Shown here in pieces: positions 36,801 through 44,944 of a stretch of 64,000 nt of DNA (the stretch's first letter is position 1; each line of letters begins with the position of its first letter). Below the pieces are notes generated by a model, which saw only the letters and a program-made list of their open reading frames with translations, was not told where the DNA came from and made no database searches. A program made the translations under genes and the position numbers. Where the stretch lies: the IMG/VR virus record IMGVR_UViG_3300010334_000023, positions 152,499 through 216,498 of that record; one strand, given 5' to 3'.

Positions 36801-37930
36801 TTGGCAGCTAGCGTGCCTAGCACCAAGTTGCCGCCACCGGTGATGCTATTGCCTGCCACGTACAGATAGCCGTCGTTGGCAGCATCTATGGTGCCTTGGT
36901 CAAAGGTGCCGCTGTTGATGCCAAGATCTATGTAGGTATCATTGTTAGTTCCATTGTCTGCAGTGATGACCATGTCGCCGCTGGCCGCAGCACCTGGATT
37001 GATGTTCTGCAGGTTCAGTTGGCTGTAATCGTCTATGTTTGAGCTGAGCTGTAGCACAGTGTTTGGCTGGTACACATAACCATAGGGTATGCCACCATAG
37101 ATCGCACCAAAGCCATAGCTGTCTCCATAGAACACACCGCTGTTGCCAGTGATCTGGTTGACATTGCCTATGATGTTGATGTTACCGCTGACGTTTAGAT
37201 TGCCGCTGATGCCAACACCGCCATGCACAACCAGCGCACCATCCTGAGACGTGGTGCTGTTGATGTTGCTGGTTATGAACATGCTGCTGCTGATCAGCGT
37301 GGCATTGCTGGCGCTGTAGAATAGGTTGCCGCTGTCGCCGCTGAATGCGTTACCAGCACCAGCAAACTGCATGGTGCCTGGAACTCCATAGCTGGGTGTG
37401 TTGGCCGCAGCAGTGTCTTGGAAGCTACCATCAGGGAACACGATACCGCGGATGCGACCAGCAGTGTTGCTGATGGTGATGTTGCCCAGCACATGCAGCT
37501 TGCTCACTGGCACAGCAGTGCCTATGCCCAACCTCACGTTGCTATTGTCAAAGGCAAACAGGCTGTTGCCGGCAAAAAGGTCGTTTTGGTTGAACTGGAC
37601 TGCGCCGTTACCGCCACCAGGCGGTGTACCATAGGCTGCAGTGGTCTGATAGGTACCATCTGGCCATATGATGCCGCTGGTGGTTGTTGCAGTGTTGGCA
37701 ATATGGATGTTACCCCAGACGTCCACGGGATAGCGCACGGTGCTGGTACCAACACCAAGATTAGCAAAGAATCCTTGGTTTACCGTGATGTTACCGGGTT
37801 GGCCGTCAAAGGTAACGAACTCTACCGCGCCGTTGCTGTTTAGTATGCGTGGTCCGTTCTTGCCCAGGGCGAGATCAACAGAAACACCGCTAAGAGCAAA
37901 ATCAAATCTTGGATTGTTTGGCAGCGTCAT
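30899..37930 (-). CDS. Giant virion fibre / tail-associated protein (2343 aa, beta-solenoid repeats)
   Basis: Asn/Ser/Thr/Gly-rich with about 18-aa periodicity; duplicated module; C-terminal FRTAHYLLQ...EYADI...VELLFTP domain of a type common in T4-like phage fibres. Confidence 0.75.
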   Translation of the reverse strand: MTLPNNPRFDFALSGVSVDLALGKNGPRILNSNGAVEFVTFDGQPGNITVNQGFFANLGVGTSTVRYPVDVWGNIHIANTATTTSGIIWPDGTYQTTAAYGTPPGGGNGAVQFNQNDLFAGNSLFAFDNSNVRLGIGTAVPVSKLHVLGNITISNTAGRIRGIVFPDGSFQDTAAANTPSYGVPGTMQFAGAGNAFSGDSGNLFYSASNATLISSSMFITSNINSTTSQDGALVVHGGVGISGNLNVSGNINIIGNVNQITGNSGVFYGDSYGFGAIYGGIPYGYVYQPNTVLQLSSNIDDYSQLNLQNINPGAAASGDMVITADNGTNNDTYIDLGINSGTFDQGTIDAANDGYLYVAGNSITGGGNLVLGTLAANDIVFATGGADPSNEIARFVNGVGLKIETLTASNSAVTGALTVAGGVGIGGVLNVNNNLAVSGQITVLAPGSLGQALPSLGPSLNGDISINASGLILANQLLSNTNVYTANLNVSGNAWIGNIYSNGFTQTAGLTVTNQLIANANISGANLNISGTALAGNVYSNGFTQTAGVTTTNSLIANTNIYGGSLNVQGPAVLGSVYSNGSVQTAGLTTTNSLITNTNISGSGINISGTAWLGNSYSNGFTQTAGLTTTNSLIANTSIYGANLGIAGTAHLGNIYSNGFTQTAGVTTTNSLIANTNISGANLNISGSAQVGSLYSNSSIQVTGNVLVGSLNSNSTIQAVGDIVARSMTSNSTMQSLGVATFGEIYSNLNIHAIGTITGNAIKSNTFVHAIGEVVAGSVNSNSTMQAAGTATVNALISNANIYGANLNIAGVAQISSLIGNNNVFGASLQSSGLANVNSLIVNNNSTTSTLVVENGAQVGTLSSNAAVSANGLVSGQQVRSNSFIEGQTLKTTGIAVVNQLISNTEATASTLNIITNAVVQTITSNTSIQAAQGILANTINSNLSITSPAINALNQLSSNTIVSNVGITAANIAASGVVTITNNTASGSTGSGALIVTGGVGIGGNLNVGGQQSLFTGNLVVSGNFIVRGNSTIVNSNSISVTGPTIKVGSDNGEGNILTYNDGYDRGVVMNYFILNDNNAFMGFQNSTGRFVYLTNVQPGISNVVNPFTSVPGYVYGAAQFGDLLLSNATISINSTSGALVVNGGVGIGGAVNALGQIATTGQGRFGQDLLANQLNSNTAISAVGLVIGSNIHANNEISGTNISVTNRVSGDLIAANTSVTSAGITALNNITGNLLVGNLAVITPNVQATVLVSAQNVVANSTIVTTTLITGGLAQVNSLNSNTNISATDISAVNKISANVIAANVSLDVTNVTVSNNLVADVIVGNLSITSPDITASSLLTANSIVSNTSITTTDLTVSDAATIDTVYSNIIVNSGNITTEFLTASRKIRANSFNSNGNITADNTVFTDNLVVGNGALLEANLEVYGNVLIGGRLDVSGNVSADNITAGRRLVAEIITSNTQIYSTFGMYGQLLETNIYVQSVGFVRAAHLISNSFIQANGTITGQSMISNGAVIAGSIASDTYIQANGSITGNSLFSNTTIQSLGLAQLYDIVSGSNVQAPGTGLFNTVISNTSIQAADTITANSLLSNTTIQANGAIIGSSLVSNSSIQSAGTATVNGLISNTTIQSTGNATVGNLVTSGTITTTGSGGNIIGVNTLFTQNVLATGLISAPNFVANTLISNSNIGIGTSTARYPLDVYGNLHIGNTASTTSGILFPDGSFQVTAASYTPSFGPQYTIQFAGNSNTFSGNSASLFWDAGNVSLNTANLAVLNTANVSSLDVGLNIRLGGNLNGSNTSIISGKTGTFTGGAGGFAALYAGVQDYTNYQPNTVALFAGNVNASSQINVHNDSSGDSASADIVVTADNGTAVNTYIDLGINSSGWNQATIDHANDGYLLMYGNAVTGGGNLVLGTMLNNDIVFAQGGNAAANQVARFIYGQGLLINSTVNSSSLSSASFVTKGGAAIGLDALVGGSLTASSGTTGTVIIGGDTNGSIELGQQNRITAGTPYVDFHSSIFGNDYDARILASGGSTSNGLGNLSLIASNVNVSSNLAVYGALYAYAANISSDLSVGGALSVSNAAVFQNNITVSKDSLFNSNLSVLGNITVSKDSTFASNLAVLGNITVLTDSSFSSNLSVLGNITVSKDSLFNSNLSVLGNITVSKDSTFASNLAVLGNLTVSNSTIFNNNLSVLGNLTVTNDVAASYANIGSFNQINSIGFANVQVLQSNGYVSGNTWVLDGNAYTSNSTFQSVVDSWPTTQFRTAHYLLQITNTATSSYQSSQLMLIQDGTDVFFTEYADIYTSTSLGIWSADIVGGIVELLFTPNTSQNMVIKVVRTALDL
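31329..31690 (-). repeat. 54-bp (18-aa) tandem repeats with an exact 110-bp duplication
   Basis: NLSVLGNITVSKDSLF(N)S units; 31399-31508 is identical to 31561-31670 (offset 162 = 3 x 54). Confidence 0.95.
35834..36535 (-). repeat. Six 117-bp (39-aa) tandem repeats
   Basis: Aligned gaacccrttgctgt anchors at 35834, 35951, 36068, 36185, 36302 and 36419; GNxYSNGFTQTAGxTTTNSLIANTNISGxNLNIS. Confidence 0.9.
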
Positions 37931-37969
37931 CCCGTTCCCAGCTCAAATCATGGCCAATACAGCTGGCAG

Positions 37970-37975
37970 TATTTA
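37970..37975 (-). promoter_or_regulatory. Late promoter motif TAAATA
   Basis: Intergenic, upstream of the 2343-aa fibre gene. Confidence 0.55.
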
Positions 37976-37995
37976 GTTTAGCCGGATCGCGGCAC

Positions 37996-40212
37996 TCAGC
38001 TGTACTTCATGGTGATGCGCCACGACCCCTGTGTGCTGGTGCCTATGCCCACGTAGGCATTGATAGTGGTGATCTGCGTGACTGGATAGCTGAGAGCTGC
38101 TGTGTAGTTGCCCACGGTCGAAGCATTTATCTGCGTGTTGGCCATCAGCAGGCTATGGTCGGCCGCACTGCCCACGGTGAACGTGGTGTTGCTGTCGTTG
38201 AAAGCAGTGATTATGGCGACGTCGAGATCGGTTACCGTGACACCCGCTGTCATGGTACCAACTGTCACAGTGTTGCTGCTGGAGTAGTTGCCAACAGCTG
38301 TGAACTGATAGCTCAAGCTCTGAGTGCCACTGGTTGTGTTGCCCACGTTCTGTCCATCGAGATTGAGGCCAACTGGTACCCAGACCGTGGGACCAAGCTG
38401 CGCGGCCAAGTAGGCTTGGTTATGACCACTGCCGTCGTCGTAGACATAGACTATGGTGCCCAGAGTTACCGTGAGGCTGTTACGCACTGCGATGTTGCTG
38501 ACGAAATAACCAACTGCTACACCAGTGGGACCCGTGGGACCCGTGAGCTGGCTGACGCTGCTGATGTTCCACGCCACGATGTCCACGGTATCGCCGGCCA
38601 CACAGGGTGCGTTCAGTATTACCTGAGTGCCATTGGTAGCTATGTATTCATAGGGAGTAAGCTTGACACCGTTGACGAAAACTTCAACATATGGGGCTAC
38701 ATAATCGCAGGTGAACACTGTCTGGCCGCTGCTGGCATTGAAGTTATATTCTTGGAAGCTGCCAACTGACCTAGGACCGGTTGGACCAGTTGGTCCTGAA
38801 CCGGTTGGACCAGTGGCACCCGTGGGATTTACTCCGGCTATCTGCCATGCCACTATGGTTACAGGATCACCGCCTATGGCAGCATTGGCCAGCGTCACTG
38901 TGCTACCGTTGGTAGCTGTGTACAGATCTGGAGCTAACAGCACTCCGTCATAGTAGACATCAACGTAGCCAGGATAATAGCTGGCAGCAAACACTGTCTG
39001 GCCGGTGGTCGCTGTGAGATCAAAACGCGCATAAGCGCCTAGCGCAGCAGGACCAGTTGGACCAGCAGCACCTGTTGGACCAGTTGAACCAGTAGCGCCT
39101 GTGTTGGCAGCAGTGCCTGGAGTACCTGTTGGACCGGTTGGACCCTGCGCACCAGTTGCACCAGTAGCGCCCTGTGATCCTGCGCCTATGACCTGCCAGT
39201 TGGCATTGTTCAGGGTTGGATTTAGGCAGATGTAGGCTACATTAGTAGCCCTGTTGATCCACATGCTGCCTACAGCATAGCCCTGTGACTGATCGTTGGA
39301 TCTGGTAGGCGGAACCACGGCATCATAGTTGTCCAATGGCTGCACGAAGCCAGCTTGTGCTAGCTTGACAGCACGGTTGCCGTTGATCTTGATGTAGACA
39401 GGCATGGCCAGGCTGTCAGGACGCACGCTGGTCAATCCACCCGGGGTGCTAGGGCTCAACCACAGCACATCACCTGGCAGTCCTGGTAATGGACTGAGGT
39501 TGTTAAGCACCTTGCCTCGCGGCTCCCACTGGAACCAATCTACACCGGGTATGCCTATGGTGCGCACGGTGCCTATGACGTTGCTGCTGGCCAGAGAATT
39601 AGCCTGGGCTAGATAATAATTGCCATTGCTAGAGAGATAAATCAGATCATTTATGTTAAATCCGTGCCCTGGCTGCTCCACACCGATGCGGTTCTGCACT
39701 GGATTCTTGGCTATGAACTTGGCATTTACGTCGGATAGCCAACCTGGATAGGGCTGTATGAAGCTGTTGTAGAGGCTAAGAGTGTTTATGGCTGGCACTC
39801 CGTCTTCGTAGATTTTGAAAACGAAGCCAGGTTGACCAGTTATGGCCACGCCATCGCTGCAGCTGAATGCTTCGTAGCGATTGGTGTCTTCTACCACGCA
39901 GGTGATGCTGTCCACTGACGCAGAGATTATCTGCACTATCTGCACGCACTTGCCTGTGGCTGCTTCACCGTAGTACATTCCGGAGGTTATATCTAGGCCG
40001 TTATAAACGTAGATCTGCGGAGTGCTGAAGCTGCTGTGATTGTATTGAGTGACCGACGCTGTCATGGTCCACTGATAGGGCTGCGGCGCCGGGCCGCCTG
40101 CCCACCATTGATCCTCGCCATATACGGGACCTTCGTCAAATGGCCAATAGCTGAGCGGTGTCAGTGAGATATTGTCTATGTACAGCGTGATGACTGGATT
40201 GATAGATACCAC
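37996..40212 (-). CDS. Virion structural protein with short Gly-Pro-Thr collagen linkers
   Basis: GPTGPTG runs; two FxATxGQTVF...YVxVxxxG...VxIVAW modules; GTG start with GGAG SD. Confidence 0.7.
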   Translation of the reverse strand: MVSINPVITLYIDNISLTPLSYWPFDEGPVYGEDQWWAGGPAPQPYQWTMTASVTQYNHSSFSTPQIYVYNGLDITSGMYYGEAATGKCVQIVQIISASVDSITCVVEDTNRYEAFSCSDGVAITGQPGFVFKIYEDGVPAINTLSLYNSFIQPYPGWLSDVNAKFIAKNPVQNRIGVEQPGHGFNINDLIYLSSNGNYYLAQANSLASSNVIGTVRTIGIPGVDWFQWEPRGKVLNNLSPLPGLPGDVLWLSPSTPGGLTSVRPDSLAMPVYIKINGNRAVKLAQAGFVQPLDNYDAVVPPTRSNDQSQGYAVGSMWINRATNVAYICLNPTLNNANWQVIGAGSQGATGATGAQGPTGPTGTPGTAANTGATGSTGPTGAAGPTGPAALGAYARFDLTATTGQTVFAASYYPGYVDVYYDGVLLAPDLYTATNGSTVTLANAAIGGDPVTIVAWQIAGVNPTGATGPTGSGPTGPTGPRSVGSFQEYNFNASSGQTVFTCDYVAPYVEVFVNGVKLTPYEYIATNGTQVILNAPCVAGDTVDIVAWNISSVSQLTGPTGPTGVAVGYFVSNIAVRNSLTVTLGTIVYVYDDGSGHNQAYLAAQLGPTVWVPVGLNLDGQNVGNTTSGTQSLSYQFTAVGNYSSSNTVTVGTMTAGVTVTDLDVAIITAFNDSNTTFTVGSAADHSLLMANTQINASTVGNYTAALSYPVTQITTINAYVGIGTSTQGSWRITMKYS

Positions 40213-40224
40213 GTTATCGCTCCA

Positions 40225-41553
40225 TCAACCTGTGAATATCATGGTTACCCAGAGATATCCGTCTCCGCTAGCCGGCACGCCGGTGTTACCGGGGCTCAGC
40301 GCGAACAAGCTGGTGGTATTGATATCGAGGCTGAGGCAAGAATAGCTGCCGCCTGTTGCATTGCTGGGCACTGTTTGCCTATAGGCCCCAGCTGGTTGTA
40401 CCAATGGACCACCTTGGCAGGTTACTATGCCTGGATAGGCATTCATGCCATGCACTATGGTTATCTGTGTGTCACCTGCTCTAGTGATCTGGGGTGCTGT
40501 GATGTTTGAGAGATTGTCAACGTAGCCATTTGGCAGCAGTATGCCGCTGTTGAACAGCAGCCTAAAGCTGATGAGGCTGGTAGCTGTGGCGCCCGTAGGT
40601 CCAAGCGGCCCGCTTGGACCAGTCACTCCTGTGGCACCTGTGGGACCTGTGGTAGTGCTGGTTGGACCTGTTGGCCCGGTCACTGTTGATGCAGGACCTG
40701 TGGGGCCTATGGGACCGCCGCTTGGACCAGTGGGACCAGTCATCTGGCTGACCGTGGCTATCTCCCAGGCTATGATGCTGACAGGATCTCCGCCCAGTGC
40801 CTGCTGAGTTAGCACCACGGTGTTACCGTCTGTGGCTATATATTCACTGTTTGGTACCAGCAGCAATCCATTATAGTAAACGTCTACGAAATCTGGTGTG
40901 TAGGTAGCATAGAACACTGTCTGGCCAGATGTAGCATAGCTGTCGTAGCGCTGAAAAGCACCGCTGGCAGCCGGACCAGTGGGACCTGCTGCGCCAGTGG
41001 GACCAGTGCTGATAGGACCAGTTGGACCAGGAGGTCCTGGAGGACCCTGTGCGCCACCTGTGTTGGTAGCCTGTGGTTGATTGCTGCCGCCTGCTATGGC
41101 TCCATAGTTCAGCAGAATCTGGTTGACTGATCCCACGAAATAGGCATCAGTTGGAGGCGGTACCAGATACTTCCTGTCCACCACTGCTCGCAGCCACACA
41201 TAGTTGCCGCTGAAGCTGTAGGCAAAGATGCCCGTGTCCCCCTGAGTGATGTTGGGATATTGGTTGGCAGGCCACTGCAGCAGAGCTGGATCAAATCCGG
41301 TTGGCAGCGCGGGATCCAGCGGGAACTGCACATATGGCGTGCCGTTGCCTATGGGTATGTTAAACCAATCACTGTCGGCATTGGGGTCGGTAGCCAAGCT
41401 GCCTTGTATGTAGATCCGGCCTGTGAAATTGTCCAGATTGATGCTCACGGTATGGTTATTACCAACCATGTTGTTGTATCCGGCACCCTTTTGCTTGATG
41501 CCGATCACGTTGATCTGGTTATTGGTGGTACCTAGAAGTGTGACGCTGATCAT
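40225..41553 (-). CDS. Virion structural protein with collagen linkers
   Basis: GPPGPPGPTG and GPTGPT runs; one ATSGQTVF...FVDVYYNG...IIAW module. Confidence 0.7.
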   Translation of the reverse strand: MISVTLLGTTNNQINVIGIKQKGAGYNNMVGNNHTVSINLDNFTGRIYIQGSLATDPNADSDWFNIPIGNGTPYVQFPLDPALPTGFDPALLQWPANQYPNITQGDTGIFAYSFSGNYVWLRAVVDRKYLVPPPTDAYFVGSVNQILLNYGAIAGGSNQPQATNTGGAQGPPGPPGPTGPISTGPTGAAGPTGPAASGAFQRYDSYATSGQTVFYATYTPDFVDVYYNGLLLVPNSEYIATDGNTVVLTQQALGGDPVSIIAWEIATVSQMTGPTGPSGGPIGPTGPASTVTGPTGPTSTTTGPTGATGVTGPSGPLGPTGATATSLISFRLLFNSGILLPNGYVDNLSNITAPQITRAGDTQITIVHGMNAYPGIVTCQGGPLVQPAGAYRQTVPSNATGGSYSCLSLDINTTSLFALSPGNTGVPASGDGYLWVTMIFTG

Positions 41554-41574
41554 TTTGCCGCCTAATCCCCTGGT

Positions 41575-41580
41575 TATTTA
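41575..41580 (-). promoter_or_regulatory. Late promoter motif TAAATA
   Basis: Intergenic, 21 nt upstream of 41553. Confidence 0.55.
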
Positions 41581-41591
41581 GCGGCAGCTGT

Positions 41592-41774
41592 TTAGTCTAG
41601 ATCAGCTAGCTCCACCACCACCGTGCTGTCATTGAGCACTTCTTCTACCAGTGCTGGTGCTGTGGCTGCTAGGATGGCTTTTTGCTCGTCTGTGAGCACC
41701 GATGCTGCGTCGCTGCTGTCCTTGACCATGCGGCTCAGCTTGATAACAACCAATTCTTCAATTAACTTGGCCAT
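41592..41774 (-). CDS. Small hypothetical protein
   Basis: 60 aa with a GGGAGA SD. Confidence 0.75.
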   Translation of the reverse strand: MAKLIEELVVIKLSRMVKDSSDAASVLTDEQKAILAATAPALVEEVLNDSTVVVELADLD

Positions 41775-41822
41775 GTGTGATCTCCCTGTTGGATCTGATA
41801 CTTATGGCTCAAATCGACTGAG

Positions 41823-42152
41823 TCATCTGATCTTTGGTTTGCGACCGCGCTTGCGACCAGTGCTGCGAGTAGTGCCGTCTGGATTGATGTTGAATATCTC
41901 GGCATACCTCTGCACGCTCATGCCATCTATGGCAGTAATGTCATCGCTGCTCACTGTCAACTGTCCCTGCCCGTTTGCTTCCTTGAGAGTGAGAGCGAAA
42001 GATCCGCTGTTTTCGACCACGCTGATCAGATGGTAATCATCAGAAGCCTGCTGTGGCCAACCAAATGCGTTCCTGCGACTGATCCTGGCAGTGACCATGC
42101 TGTCCTCACCTAGCTTGCCCTGTGCGATAAGCTCGCTCACGAGGTTGATCAT
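41823..42152 (-). CDS. Hypothetical protein with basic C-terminal tail
   Basis: ATGA-coupled to clpA; ends TGRKRGRKPKIR. Confidence 0.75.
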   Translation of the reverse strand: MINLVSELIAQGKLGEDSMVTARISRRNAFGWPQQASDDYHLISVVENSGSFALTLKEANGQGQLTVSSDDITAIDGMSVQRYAEIFNINPDGTTRSTGRKRGRKPKIR

Positions 42153-44437
42153 TGCGAGACCTCCTGAACCAACTGCAGGTCCTGCGGCTGTGCCGTGTCT
42201 GGCGCAGGTTCTGGATTGCTGAGATATTCAAACTCTAGCTTGTCTTCCTTGACAGTGATCATCACAGCTCCGCCGTGTCGCAGCTTGCCAAACAGCATCT
42301 CTCTGCTCAGTGGCTTCTTGATGTGATCGGCGATCACTCTGGCCAAGGGACGCGCACCCATGTTGGTGTCAAATCCCTTGTCGATCAGCCACTGCTTGGC
42401 AGAAGCATCGCAGACTATCTTGACGTTCTTGCGAGCACTCAGACCATTGAGCTCGCCGAGGAACTTGTCAACGATGCTGTCCATGTTGTCCTTGTTCAGC
42501 TTGTTGAACTTGATGATGGCATCCAGCCTGTTGCGGAACTCTGGTGTGAAGAAACGGTTGATGGCCTGCGTGTCCTCGTCTCGCACAGTGCTCTTGGTGA
42601 AGCCGATCAGTTCCTTTTCCATGTCAGCTGCACCCAGATTGCTGGTGAAGATCACGATGGCATTGCGTGCGCTGGCTGATTTTCCTTGGCTGCTGGTCAC
42701 TGTGCCATGATCCATCAGCGCAAGGAAGATGTTGTAGACGTCGGGATGTGCTTTTTCGATCTCGTCGAACAGCAGCACGCAGTGAGGATGCGTGTCAAGC
42801 TCATTGATCAGCACGCCGCCGCCGGCACCACCGTCACCGTAACCAACGTAACCCGGAGGTGATCCGATGAACTTGCTGACTGTGTGACGCTCTTGGTACT
42901 CGCTCATGTCAAATCTGGCAAAATGCACGCCTAGGCTCTTGGCCAACTGCTTGGCAACTTCGGTCTTGCCCACACCACTGGGCCCTGAGAACAGGAAGCT
43001 GCCCACGGTCTTGTCGCTCTCGCGCAGTCCGCTCCTGCTCATGTAGATGGCGTTGACCACTCCGTCGATGGCATCGATCTGTCCAAATATCTTGGCTTTG
43101 AGATCAGTCTCTAGCTGTTCTAGCTTGTCAGCTTCCTTGCTCTTTACCGTGGTCACAGGTACCTTGGCTACTCTGCTGACTTCGGCTTCGATCATTTCCT
43201 TGGTCAATAGCTTGGCACGTTCTGATGCTGGTTTGATCCTCTGCCATGCTGCTGCGCTGTCCACGATGTCGATGGCCTTGTCAGGCAAGCATCTGTCGTG
43301 TATGTGCTTGGTAGTGAGTTCCACTGCAGCATCCAAGGCTTCTGGTTCAAACTCGATACCATGGTACTCTTCGTAGTGCTTGGCGATACCTCTGAGTATG
43401 CGCTTGCTGTCCTCAACGCTGGGTTCGAACACGTCCAGCTTTTGGAATCGCCGCACCAGCGCACGGTCCTTTTCAAAGTGCTTGCGATATTCCTCGTTGG
43501 TGGTGCTGCCGATGCAGCAGATCTCGCCGCGGCTCAGCGCAGGCTTTAGCATGTTAGCTGCGTCGATGCTGCCACCGCCTCCGCCATTGCCTGCACCCAT
43601 GATCATGTGTATCTCGTCGATGAACATGATGGTCTTTGGCAGCGCTGAGAACGCTGCGATGATCTGCTTGAGACGCTCTTCAAAATCACCTCTGAACTTG
43701 GTACCTGCTACCAACGTGGCCACATCAAGGTTCCAGATGGTGTGATCGGCTAAGCTGTCTGGTACATCCCCTTCGATGATGCGCCGAGCCAAGCCTTCTA
43801 CTATGATGGTCTTGCCCACACCGGGATCGCCGGTCATGATCACGTTATGCTTGTTGCGGCGTGCCATGATCTGGCAGATCTGTTCAACTTCCTTCTCACG
43901 GCCGATCAGAGGATCTATGCGGCCTGCCTGTGCCTTGGCATTGAGATTGATGCAGTATTCCTCGAGTATCTCAAGAGCTGCTTTGCTGTCCATGGCCGAA
44001 TCTGGGCTGTTATCGGTGCGATTGGCTAGCTCGACTAGCTTTTCCTTGGTTGGACCATGCTTCTCCAAAAACCAACTAGCTGGGCTGTCTGGTATGTGAT
44101 ACAGTGCTAGCAACACGTCCACCGCACCTATGTCACCGCGACCGCTGAACAGGCTCTGTGTCTTGGCCTTCTTGATCACGTTGCTGAGCAGCGCTGTATG
44201 CCGAGGCTGGAAGCTGCCTGCCTTGACCACGACATGGTTGCGCTCGTTGTTCAACCACTCGCTGGTCAGAGTGATCAGCTTTTCCAGATCGCCCCCACCT
44301 TGTACCATGAGATCCTGTATGGGTTCCATCTCCAGCAGTCCTGCCAGCAGATGCTCAAGCGTTACCAGCTCGTGGTTAAGGCTAGCAGCCAGTTGATAAG
44401 CACGCTGCAGTGGTTGTTCAAAAGCCTGCATGCTCAT
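42149..44437 (-). CDS. clpA: ATP-dependent Clp protease ATP-binding subunit ClpA
   Basis: Clp-N (TLEHLL); AAA1 GDPGVGKT, FIDEIH, LVRRFQ, LPDKAID; AAA2 GPSGVGKTE, RFDMSEY, LFDEIEKAHPD, FTPEFRNRLD, MGARPL; no ClpB M-domain; 762 aa. Confidence 0.9.
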   Translation of the reverse strand: MSMQAFEQPLQRAYQLAASLNHELVTLEHLLAGLLEMEPIQDLMVQGGGDLEKLITLTSEWLNNERNHVVVKAGSFQPRHTALLSNVIKKAKTQSLFSGRGDIGAVDVLLALYHIPDSPASWFLEKHGPTKEKLVELANRTDNSPDSAMDSKAALEILEEYCINLNAKAQAGRIDPLIGREKEVEQICQIMARRNKHNVIMTGDPGVGKTIIVEGLARRIIEGDVPDSLADHTIWNLDVATLVAGTKFRGDFEERLKQIIAAFSALPKTIMFIDEIHMIMGAGNGGGGGSIDAANMLKPALSRGEICCIGSTTNEEYRKHFEKDRALVRRFQKLDVFEPSVEDSKRILRGIAKHYEEYHGIEFEPEALDAAVELTTKHIHDRCLPDKAIDIVDSAAAWQRIKPASERAKLLTKEMIEAEVSRVAKVPVTTVKSKEADKLEQLETDLKAKIFGQIDAIDGVVNAIYMSRSGLRESDKTVGSFLFSGPSGVGKTEVAKQLAKSLGVHFARFDMSEYQERHTVSKFIGSPPGYVGYGDGGAGGGVLINELDTHPHCVLLFDEIEKAHPDVYNIFLALMDHGTVTSSQGKSASARNAIVIFTSNLGAADMEKELIGFTKSTVRDEDTQAINRFFTPEFRNRLDAIIKFNKLNKDNMDSIVDKFLGELNGLSARKNVKIVCDASAKQWLIDKGFDTNMGARPLARVIADHIKKPLSREMLFGKLRHGGAVMITVKEDKLEFEYLSNPEPAPDTAQPQDLQLVQEVSQ

Positions 44438-44940
44438 GCTGTGACTCCCTGGCGCTTGACCTTCTTGGCCAGCTTGCGCCGTGCTAGATCCAAGCGCAGC
44501 TTGCTTACCCTGTCGTCGATCATGATGCCCTGTAGATGATCAAACTCATGCAGGAATATCCTGCTCCATCCAAAGCCCATGTCAGTGATCTGCTGGTTGC
44601 CAGTGATATCTCTGAACATGACCTTGATCTGCTTGCTGCGCTTGACCTTGAGAACCAAACCTGGCAGGCTAAGGCAGCCTTCATCATGTTCATCAGTCTC
44701 GTCGCTGGCACTGAGCACCACGGGATTGATGAACACTGCGTCCTGGCCTTCCACGCTGACCACGAACAGGTTGATGCTGTGCCCTACCTGTGGCGCAGCC
44801 AACCCAACTCCTCCGTGCGCCCGCAGCGTGTCAAACATGTCTTGGATCAGTGGACCCAGAGATGGAATCTCACTGGGTTCTATCAAGCGTGCTTGCTGCC
44901 GCAGCAGTGCTGCTGGACTGGTCACTAAGGGTAGTATCAT
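44434..44940 (-). CDS. def: Peptide deformylase
   Basis: GVGLAAPQVG, EGCLS and HEFDH all present. Confidence 0.95.
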   Translation of the reverse strand: MILPLVTSPAALLRQQARLIEPSEIPSLGPLIQDMFDTLRAHGGVGLAAPQVGHSINLFVVSVEGQDAVFINPVVLSASDETDEHDEGCLSLPGLVLKVKRSKQIKVMFRDITGNQQITDMGFGWSRIFLHEFDHLQGIMIDDRVSKLRLDLARRKLAKKVKRQGVTA

Positions 44941-44944
44941 TGTT

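Noticed and set aside
31329-37976. Plus-strand ORFs (MVTVRLP..., MLVLAIRE...) inside the fibre gene
   Set aside because: Antisense shadows produced by the biased codon use of the 2343-aa minus-strand gene; no SD or promoter support.
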